From Candidatus Hydrogenedens sp. (GTDB lineage: Bacteria; Hydrogenedentota; Hydrogenedentia; Hydrogenedentales; Hydrogenedentaceae), in assembly GCA_049968235.1 (NCBI GenBank), contig JBMFRC010000034.1, positions 1-20,238 on the forward strand: a stretch of DNA of 20,238 nucleotides. The letters are read 5' to 3'. The position numbers and the translations under genes are program-made. Below, piece after piece: positions 1-7,612 of this stretch (position 1 is its first letter; each line of letters opens with the position of its first letter). The notes beneath the pieces were generated by a model. That model worked only from the letters and a program-made list of their open reading frames with translations, was not told the DNA's origin and made no database searches.

Positions 1-899
<899 letters not shown>

Positions 900-1137
900 T
901 TATTTTTGTATCCGGATATATGCCTCACGGCTTCCGAATATAAGTATCGAAGAGTTAATATCTGACTTCCGTTGTCCTTTCGGACGATTGACCGGAGTAC
1001 TCAGTTTTTTTTGATTTCACAAGACCGTTTTCTCAACGGCGTGCATCGTATTCAATTTTCATAGAGCGTATCGTATCCATGTCGGTACGGACACGGGTAG
1101 AGAGACATCTCTTGTCTCTTACCCCGTATCATCTCTT

Positions 1138-1200
1138 AGTATAATACAATTTTTATTGCCCTGTCAAACTGACATGGATTTTGCTCTTTTTCAAGTCATT
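1138..1200 (-). promoter_or_regulatory. rRNA operon promoter (P1-like): -35 TTGACA, ~18-nt spacer, -10 TATACT, with an A-rich UP-like tract upstream
   Basis: Minus strand reads AAAAATGACTTGAAAAAGAGCAAAATCCATGTCAG TTGACA GGGCAATAAAAATTGTAT TATACT. The -35 is the rc of plus 1163-1168 and the -10 is the rc of plus 1138-1143. It lies ~235 nt upstream of the 16S 5' end on the same strand. The leader contains a GGGTAgAGAGACA/TGTCTCTtACCC hairpin at plus 1094-1125. Confidence 0.6.
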
Positions 1201-1540
1201 TTTACCATGACACCTGTTTAGACAGAGCCAATTTTTATTATAGCATATTTATAACGTTTTTTCAACTTTCAGATAACAACCCCTGAAATTTTTTAACTCG
1301 GATTTTTCTTCAGGGACTTGCCACTTTTGCTTTGCGTTATGCATTATCAAAAGCGGAGCATTATTATAACATAAATAAAATGAAAAGTCAAATTGTTTGT
1401 TCATGCTGATAAACAGAGGGGATTCTTGAGAATGATGCAATTAGAAGTTTTGAATAAATTTACAAAAGGATTTAAGGCTTAATTGAATTTTATGGTAAAT
1501 AAAAATTAAGGGTGATGATATGTTCTTGTTTGTGTATTTG

Positions 1541-1564
1541 CAAATAAAATGAGAACCTTTCTCA
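1541..1564 (-). terminator. Weak intrinsic terminator candidate downstream of the proximal GT-C paralog
   Basis: A 6-bp stem TGAGAA/TTCTCA (1550-1555 and 1559-1564) with a 3-nt loop. On the minus-strand transcript it is followed by TTTTATTTG. The stem is AT-rich, so the call is weak. Confidence 0.3.
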
Positions 1565-1598
1565 TCAAAAAGTTGAATGAAGAACTGATTCTTTTTGA

Positions 1599-3530
1599 CT
1601 AATCAAATTGAATATCACGCATGGCGGAATCTGCATCACCCGGATAAGTAAATATACGTATTGCTGTATAGCCTTTTCTGCGTGCAGAGAAAGGCACCTG
1701 TATCTTATGTTTCGTATAAGGTTCTACATTTCCTCTATCCGGTTCAACCCATGTTTTTTCAATCCTCTTTCTTGCAATCCAATTTTTGTTATTGAAGAAA
1801 AGGATAATAAAAGTATCGAATGAATCTAAATCTATTGTTAGGGATTTATCTTTTTTCATTTCATCAAGTTGAATCTCTATTCCATATTTCGGAACAATAA
1901 TTTTTGCAGATTCGTTTGATGCTATTCTTGCTTTTAATTCCCGATATGTTATCTTTTTGAGATTAGGAAATTGATAACGGTCTTTATCTATGAGGTAGTC
2001 ATACATACCTAAATTCATTTTGATGATGTCCCGCCAGCGTTCTATTGTAAATAAAGGACCGCGTGTGATAACTTTCAAATGGTCAAAAAATTGTGCTAAA
2101 TTTTTATCCTGGATTTTGTTTTCATCTCCCCCTGCGGAATCAATATAACCTTCGGGGATATATCGCCAGAAATGACCGATACGCCAACTTGGTCGGCAAA
2201 CAGCAGGCATTCGTGCTAATAAGGGGTCGGATAGTGCGTTATAATCAATAATATGAGCAACAGGACCTGCTAAGAAACCTCTATAGCCAACACTACCATG
2301 GGATTTGGTTATTCTTTTATTTGCCTGCCGATATTGTCTTCCTTGATTAGCAAAAGCATTACAAGGCATGGGTTTTCCTTTTTCCCAATGAGCCAGACTC
2401 GCCACTTGAAAATAGAACATTCGTTCATCACCTATACCATGTTCATCTTTAAATCCGGACAAATCTTTTCCAAAGGAGTTGTCCGTCAATATTGGGACAT
2501 TAGGCTGTATAAAACCTGTCATGAGAAATATACATATTGCGGGGATACCATGTTTCAATTGCTCCAATTTTGAATACCGAATAATAAGGATGGTAGCAAA
2601 GAGTAAAGGTACACTAAAAAATCTGCCTCCCATAAAATCGCCCCCTATCCAAATAATGTAAAGGCAATACAGAATAATACCTATCACACATGCCCAAATT
2701 TCTTTTTGCCTCTGATAAAATGGGATGAATAAACTTAAAAATAAAACCAGTAAGGTGATGAAATCTCTTTTCCACGAAAAAGCGTAATACCACAAGCCTT
2801 GCTTTATCAAATCCATTTTCCACAGTCCTGTACCTAATTTTGCGTAAGCAGTATTTGGAAATGGAAAGCCATAGTAAACAACTGAAAATACTTCCCACAA
2901 AGCCAGCGGGATAAAGCCTAAACAGAGTAGAATAAATCCTTGTTTCTTGTGTTCTGTCTGCCACCATGCATAAGCCAGTGGAGGGAAATAAAGTAAAATG
3001 CAATCCTGACGATTAAGAGTAGCCAGAGATGCTATCAGAGAGAGAAGAAATAAATTCTTCAAGGTAAATTTTTGTGGAAGGAATACAATCATAAATATCA
3101 CAAGTAATAAATGGCTCATAGGATTTTCCAGACCGGAAGAAGAAAAATCTACAAAAGCCCTTGAAAAACCTAGTATACTCCCTGCTATCAATACTTGCGA
3201 TAAGTTCTGTGCAATACCAAGATTTAAAGAAATTATTGTTAACATAGATATGGCAAATGAAATGAATATGGCAGTGAGAAACATTTCTCTTGTTATGGCA
3301 TAAAAAGGAATGTGCAGGAACATCCATAAAGGATGTGTATATGCCTGAACGCGTTCATTTACATTCCAGCGAAGTCCATAACCATTTACTGCATTATCCA
3401 CAGTACGAAATGATATATATGCATCATCGCATAACCATGCAGTACGAAGGAAAAGAATTGCAAAAAATATCCAGATACATAAAAGGGTAACACTTGTTAA
3501 AAACCACAATTTCTTTTTGCTATTTTCCAT
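1599..3530 (-). CDS. Polytopic membrane GT-C glycosyltransferase, AftB/Emb-like arabinofuranosyltransferase family (paralog 1, 643 aa)
   Basis: A 643-aa ORF. The N-terminal ~330 aa are highly hydrophobic (multiple TM helices) and the C-terminal ~300 aa are soluble. Motifs: WLCDDAYISFRTVDNAVNGYGLRWNVNERVQAYTHPLW (DD catalytic motif in the first loop), DFSSSGLENPMSH, YYGFPFPNTAYAKLG, WIGGDFMGGRFFSVPLL, IGDERMFY and RIGHFWRYIPEGY. From recollection these match mycobacterial AftB blocks (WIADDGLIVLRTVRN..GERVEA..TS.W; DFATSGLEN; YYGLLVPGTALAKD; GGDFMHGRVLLAPL; IVDERRFY; RIGHDKN). It is ~65% identical to the upstream paralog. Confidence 0.7.
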   Translation of the reverse strand: MENSKKKLWFLTSVTLLCIWIFFAILFLRTAWLCDDAYISFRTVDNAVNGYGLRWNVNERVQAYTHPLWMFLHIPFYAITREMFLTAIFISFAISMLTIISLNLGIAQNLSQVLIAGSILGFSRAFVDFSSSGLENPMSHLLLVIFMIVFLPQKFTLKNLFLLSLIASLATLNRQDCILLYFPPLAYAWWQTEHKKQGFILLCLGFIPLALWEVFSVVYYGFPFPNTAYAKLGTGLWKMDLIKQGLWYYAFSWKRDFITLLVLFLSLFIPFYQRQKEIWACVIGIILYCLYIIWIGGDFMGGRFFSVPLLFATILIIRYSKLEQLKHGIPAICIFLMTGFIQPNVPILTDNSFGKDLSGFKDEHGIGDERMFYFQVASLAHWEKGKPMPCNAFANQGRQYRQANKRITKSHGSVGYRGFLAGPVAHIIDYNALSDPLLARMPAVCRPSWRIGHFWRYIPEGYIDSAGGDENKIQDKNLAQFFDHLKVITRGPLFTIERWRDIIKMNLGMYDYLIDKDRYQFPNLKKITYRELKARIASNESAKIIVPKYGIEIQLDEMKKDKSLTIDLDSFDTFIILFFNNKNWIARKRIEKTWVEPDRGNVEPYTKHKIQVPFSARRKGYTAIRIFTYPGDADSAMRDIQFD

Positions 3531-3601
3531 AATAATTTTCTAATACCTTTTTATTTGTTTAAAAGCACATTACGAAATTATACAAAATTACACTTTACAA
3601 A

Positions 3602-5542
3602 TTATTTTGACAACAAGCGGAAATTTTTTATCTCGGAGTAAACATGTCTTTGATTGAGTTCCTTAGGGCAGACAAAAATACGAACTGTATCATATCCTTG
3701 CCTGATAACAAATTGTGGAAGTTTTATAGAATAAGTAGCAAATAACGACATATCGTCAGAAGTAGGACCTAATTTTATTCGTGTTAGGTATTCTTTATTG
3801 TTGAATAATAAAATATGGAATTGGTTCCATTTTCTTAATTCGAACTCCATATAGGGATTGTGTCTTACTTCTCCCAGTTGTATTTCTAATCCTCTTTCCT
3901 TAATTTTGAAACCTCGATTTTTTTCCAAATTTTGTAATTCTTCATCCCATTCTTTGTAATATTTTCTTTCTGTATCCGCAAATTGATATTTATCTTTATC
4001 TATTAGATGGTTGTAATATCCAAGATTCATTTTCAAAATCACTTCAAACCGTTCCCATGACCATATAGGACTACGGGTAATAATGCGGACATAATTATAG
4101 AATTGAGCGAGGTCAGGGTCTTCTATTTTATTTTCATTGCTACCCGCAGATTCCATATATCCTTCAGGGATATAGCGTATAAAATGACCTATAGCGATTT
4201 TGGGGTGATAAAGACTGGGCAAATGCGATAGTAATGGGTCTGCAAGGGCATGGAAATCAACAATATGAACAAGGGGACCTGAAAAAAAACCATAAAATCC
4301 GATACAACCGCGAAGTTTAGTTATTTGTATGTTTTTTCTTCTGTTTTCTCTTCCGTGCTCTGCCCAACTGAACGAGGGCATGGGTTTCCCTTTTTTCCAA
4401 TTTAATAGACTTGACCATTCATAATAATACTTGCGTTCTGTGGTAATCCCGTCCTTTGTAAAAAATCCTCCTTTACTATAATCTGCACCTGTAAAAATTG
4501 GAACATTAGGCTGTAATACACTTGAAAAGACGAAAAAAAACGCAATCGGGATGCCATATTTTATTTGGTTTACATTCAAATAACGAATAATCATGATTGT
4601 TGATAAGAGAAGAGGAACTGTGAAAAAACGACCACCCATAAAATCACCGCCTATCCATAAGATATATGCATAATAAAAGGTTAAACCCATCATCCAGATT
4701 ATTATTTCCTTTTGCCTTTGTAAAAAAGGAATGATGAATCCAATAAGAAGGACAAAACAAGTAATGCGGTCTTGATGATAAATCCATGTATAATATCGTA
4801 ATCCCTGAGAAATTAGGTCAAATCGAGATATTCCTGCTCCCAGTTTTGCGTAGGCTGTGTTGGGGAAAGGGTAACCATAATAAATAATCGAAAATACTTC
4901 CCAGAGAAATAAAGGCACAAAACCTGCACAGAGAAAAAGGAACCCTTTTGTCTTCTTTTCAGTATGCCACCATGCATAAATTAAAGCAGGTAGATAGATA
5001 AGAAGACAATCCTGACGGTTTAATGTAGCAAAACAGGATACGAGGGATAAAAGAAAAAGATTAGGTAATGTAAATTTTTTTAATAAAAATACAGAAAGAA
5101 AAAGCACTAATAGAAAATGACTCATCGGATTTTCTAAACCAGAAGAAGAAAAATCTATAAAGGCTCTTGAGAATCCTAATATACTGGCTACGATTAAAAC
5201 CTGTGCATTATTTTGAGCAATAAAAAGGGTAAGAAAAATAATAGTCAACATCGAAACAGTAAAAGAAATAAAGATAGGCGTCAGAAACATTTCTTTTGTA
5301 AGAAAATAAAAGGGTATATGTAAAAATAACCATAAGGGATGTGTGTATACCTGAACCCTTTCATTTATATTCCAGCGTAATCCATAGCCATTTACTGCAT
5401 TATCGACTGTACGGAAACTAATATATGCATCATCACAAAGCCATGCTGTCCGTAAAAACAGAATTGCAAAAAAGGTCCAGACACCCAGTAAAACAAGAAA
5501 ATTGTTTCTTCTATTTTTTAACATATCATCGAAATATGCCAC
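3602..5542 (-). CDS. Polytopic membrane GT-C glycosyltransferase, AftB/Emb-like arabinofuranosyltransferase family (paralog 2, 646 aa)
   Basis: A 646-aa ORF with the same architecture and the same motif set as paralog 1 (WLCDDAYISFRTVDNAVNGYGLRWNINERVQVYTHPLW; SSGLENPMSH; YYGYPFPNTAYAKLG; WIGGDFMGGRFFTVPLL; ITTERKYY; AIGHFIRYIPEGY). It is co-directional with paralog 1 with a 71-bp gap. DNA identity is only ~75-80% in the conserved blocks, so this is an old duplication and not an assembly artefact. Confidence 0.7.
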   Translation of the reverse strand: MAYFDDMLKNRRNNFLVLLGVWTFFAILFLRTAWLCDDAYISFRTVDNAVNGYGLRWNINERVQVYTHPLWLFLHIPFYFLTKEMFLTPIFISFTVSMLTIIFLTLFIAQNNAQVLIVASILGFSRAFIDFSSSGLENPMSHFLLVLFLSVFLLKKFTLPNLFLLSLVSCFATLNRQDCLLIYLPALIYAWWHTEKKTKGFLFLCAGFVPLFLWEVFSIIYYGYPFPNTAYAKLGAGISRFDLISQGLRYYTWIYHQDRITCFVLLIGFIIPFLQRQKEIIIWMMGLTFYYAYILWIGGDFMGGRFFTVPLLLSTIMIIRYLNVNQIKYGIPIAFFFVFSSVLQPNVPIFTGADYSKGGFFTKDGITTERKYYYEWSSLLNWKKGKPMPSFSWAEHGRENRRKNIQITKLRGCIGFYGFFSGPLVHIVDFHALADPLLSHLPSLYHPKIAIGHFIRYIPEGYMESAGSNENKIEDPDLAQFYNYVRIITRSPIWSWERFEVILKMNLGYYNHLIDKDKYQFADTERKYYKEWDEELQNLEKNRGFKIKERGLEIQLGEVRHNPYMEFELRKWNQFHILLFNNKEYLTRIKLGPTSDDMSLFATYSIKLPQFVIRQGYDTVRIFVCPKELNQRHVYSEIKNFRLLSK

Positions 5543-5640
5543 ACGATGCTTATGTGTTTTATTTACTCATAATAAAATAATAGAAAGAGTAAATACCATT
5601 CCACTTTTTTAGACAGAGGTAATACAGAATAAAATTGTTT

Positions 5641-5690
5641 TTTCAAGGGGTTTCAAGTTAAAATTATCCCTTAATTAATTTTAGTATAAT
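5641..5690 (+). promoter_or_regulatory. Putative clpP promoter region: direct heptad repeat TTTCAAG-ggg-TTTCAAG upstream of a TATAAT -10
   Basis: TTTCAAG at 5641-5647 and 5651-5657, exactly 10 bp apart. A perfect TATAAT lies at 5685-5690, 24 nt before the AAAGGAG RBS of clpP. The -35 is weak. On the opposite strand the same repeats read CTTGAAA x2, giving TTGAAA -35-like hexamers for the divergent GT-C paralog 2. Confidence 0.3.
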
Positions 5691-5714
5691 CTCGTGAAAG
5701 AAAGGAGCAAAGTA

Positions 5715-6302
5715 ATGGCTTTTTGTGAAGAACCGGAAATTCGTGAAGAGGAGAAACCAGCCCCGCAGGAAGGTCTATCTCTCCGATTGTTAAAAAATCG
5801 TGTAGTTATCGTATCTGGTGAAGTAACTCAGGAATTGGCGGAGAAAATCATAACACAATTATTGTTATTAGATTATGAATCTCAAGAACCCATTACTGTC
5901 TATGTATGTTCTCCTGGAGGACATGTCGATTCAGGTTTCGCCATTTATGACATAATGAAGTTTGTTCAGTCGCCAATAACGACAATTGGTGTAGGTTGGG
6001 TTGCCAGTATTGCTGTACCCATTCTAATGGGGGCTCCCAAAGAAAGACGGTTCGCATTACCCAACACACGATTTCTAATACATCAACCTTCAGGGGGAGC
6101 AGGAGGACAGGCGGCAGATATTCGAATAGAAGCACAGGAAATTTTAAAGATTCGTGAACGGATTAATCATCTTTTATCCGTGGAAACAGGACATCCCATA
6201 GAGAAAATAGCCAAAGATAGTGACCGCAATTTTTGGATGTCCGCAGAAGAGGCACTGGAATATGGTTTAATCGGAGAGATTATTGCTAAAAGAAAGATGT
6301 AA
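5715..6302 (+). CDS. clpP: ATP-dependent Clp protease proteolytic subunit (ClpP family, atypical N-terminus)
   Basis: Aligns to ClpP throughout the protease core. The catalytic Ser is in GWVASIA, the His in LIHQPSGG and the Asp in DSDRNFW. The ATG at 5715 is preferred because an AAAGGAG RBS sits 7 nt upstream; the ORF track starts at a GTG at 5694. The N-terminal ~25 aa (MAFCEEPEIREEEKPAPQEGL) are acidic and lack the canonical ClpP axial-loop motif. No clpX follows. Confidence 0.85.
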   Translation: MAFCEEPEIREEEKPAPQEGLSLRLLKNRVVIVSGEVTQELAEKIITQLLLLDYESQEPITVYVCSPGGHVDSGFAIYDIMKFVQSPITTIGVGWVASIAVPILMGAPKERRFALPNTRFLIHQPSGGAGGQAADIRIEAQEILKIRERINHLLSVETGHPIEKIAKDSDRNFWMSAEEALEYGLIGEIIAKRKM

Positions 6303-6314
6303 AAAAGGCAATAA

Positions 6315-7586
6315 ATGAATGAAAATGTATCTGAACAAATTACCCATCCCCCCAAAAAGTCCGTATTTAAGAAAATAATTTTTAGTATATTTTTAGTCAT
6401 TTCTGCAATCGTTATTAGTTTGATAATTTTCGTAGTGGGGGTTCTTATATTCTCTGTCTTATATTCTGAACCTATGCAAATGTATCCAGAACGAATAAAA
6501 GGAATACAAATTTCTTCACCCATACCTGTAGTCCCTGGGAAAGGAATGCCTGAAGATTTTTCTCCTATGCGTTCAACAAATAATGTTGACCTTATTCGCA
6601 TAGGTGCAAGTATATTTATGAGTTTACGCACAGCACCCAGTCATTTTGCATCAACCAATACAAAGTTGTATGTAATGCGTTCTGATGATGAAGGCAAATC
6701 ATGGAAGAAAGAACTATGTATAAGGATGGGACATGACCTCCGCGAACCTCGTTTCTTACATTTTAAGAACAGATTATTTTTATATTTCTACACAGGAGGT
6801 ACTGACCCTCTACGATTTGAACCGGGGTACATTCATTATAGTGAAAGACTGGAGGATAATTATTGGACAGAACCACAACAAATCTTTCAACCCGGTTATG
6901 TGGTCTGGCGTGTTCGCACCCTAGGAGAATATGCCTACATGTCGGTATATTATGGTTTAGATATATATGGGAAAGGAGACCGTGGCGATGTTCGTCTTTT
7001 AATTTCCTCCGATGGCGTTTTGTGGCAACCCATTTCTAATGAGCCACAAATTGACCGTGTTGGAGCAGAGGAGGCAGAATTTGTATTTGATGATAAAGGA
7101 GGAATTGTATCGCTGGTTCGTCTTGAAGTAGGAGGAGGTGCGTTAGTTTGTCGTGCCCCTGCGGATAAAATTGATTGCTGGGAGTGTAAATTTACACCTT
7201 ATAAAGTTGACTCCTCACTTATGTTTACCCACAAAGGGCGATTTTTTATTGTGGGTAGAAGAAACATAGCCGGACGTTCAGCAAGAACTGTAGGATTTTT
7301 ACCTGAAAGCGTCCAGAATGCATGGAGCATGGTATTTTATTCTATTACGCGAAAACGCACCTGCATATATGAAATAAATCCCAATACTCTGGAGTTATAC
7401 CCTCTTATTGATTTGCCATCTAAAGGAGATACCGCTTTTGCTGGAATTGTACCGTTTTCTGAGGAAAAATATTATCTGGTAAATTACAGCAGTCCCTTAG
7501 AAGGATTTGATTTGCCGTGGATTGGCGGACAATTATTAGAAAGCCGATTGTATGGGTTCATTCTCGATTTTTCTGATGTCAAATAA
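6315..7586 (+). CDS. Membrane-anchored BNR/Asp-box repeat protein (sialidase-like beta-propeller; possible glycoside hydrolase)
   Basis: 423 aa. There is an N-terminal hydrophobic anchor (IIFSIFLVISAIVISLIIFVVGVLIFSVL). Two clear Asp-box (S-x-D-x-G-x-x-W) motifs are present: RSDDEGKSW and SSDGVLW. The start is 12 bp after the clpP stop, which suggests co-transcription. Confidence 0.75.
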   Translation: MNENVSEQITHPPKKSVFKKIIFSIFLVISAIVISLIIFVVGVLIFSVLYSEPMQMYPERIKGIQISSPIPVVPGKGMPEDFSPMRSTNNVDLIRIGASIFMSLRTAPSHFASTNTKLYVMRSDDEGKSWKKELCIRMGHDLREPRFLHFKNRLFLYFYTGGTDPLRFEPGYIHYSERLEDNYWTEPQQIFQPGYVVWRVRTLGEYAYMSVYYGLDIYGKGDRGDVRLLISSDGVLWQPISNEPQIDRVGAEEAEFVFDDKGGIVSLVRLEVGGGALVCRAPADKIDCWECKFTPYKVDSSLMFTHKGRFFIVGRRNIAGRSARTVGFLPESVQNAWSMVFYSITRKRTCIYEINPNTLELYPLIDLPSKGDTAFAGIVPFSEEKYYLVNYSSPLEGFDLPWIGGQLLESRLYGFILDFSDVK

Positions 7587-7590
7587 AAAA

Positions 7591-7612
7591 GAGATAACCT
7601 CAATATTATCTC
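7591..7612 (-). terminator. Intrinsic terminator hairpin shared by convergent glnE and the BNR gene
   Basis: GAGATAA (7591-7597), loop CCTCAATA, TTATCTC (7606-7612). On the minus-strand transcript it is followed by TTTTTTATTTG. It overlaps the glnE stop codon (7611-7613) and lies 5 bp after the BNR gene stop. Confidence 0.5.

Noticed and set aside
1182-1194. TGCTCTTTTTCAA, closely resembling the rrn boxA antitermination element (TGCTCTTTAACAA)
   Set aside because: It is on the plus strand, antisense to 16S transcription. It also lies upstream of the promoter, within the A/T-rich UP-element region, so it is most likely a compositional coincidence.
1249-1440. 63-aa minus-strand ORF in the AT-rich spacer upstream of the rRNA promoter
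   Set aside because: No RBS, low-complexity AT-driven composition, and no recognisable domain.
1432-1552. Two mini-ORFs with good SD sequences in the rRNA-upstream spacer. One is a 16-aa MMQLEVLNKFTKGFKA at 1432-1482 with GAGGGG 10 nt upstream. The other is a 10-aa MFLFVYLQIK at 1520-1552, ending in the terminator hairpin
   Set aside because: They look like a leader-peptide and attenuator arrangement. However, nothing follows them on the plus strand; the next gene is on the opposite strand. They are probably chance occurrences in AT-rich DNA. I mention them only in case RNA-seq shows a plus-strand transcript here.
2298-3490. Plus-strand ORFs 2298-2573, 2479-2661 and 3290-3490, and minus-strand out-of-frame ORFs 2614-3003 and 3013-3327, inside GT-C paralog 1
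   Set aside because: They are shadow ORFs of a long, well-supported CDS; none has an RBS or protein-like composition.
1599-5542. Possibility that the two GT-C genes are an assembly duplication or collapsed repeat
   Set aside because: The copies are only ~65% identical in protein and ~75-80% in DNA, with different N-termini, so this is a genuine ancient paralogous pair.
5893-6631. Minus-strand ORFs 5893-6135 (80 aa) and 6167-6631 (154 aa), antisense to clpP and the BNR gene start
   Set aside because: They are antisense shadows with low-complexity composition and no RBS.
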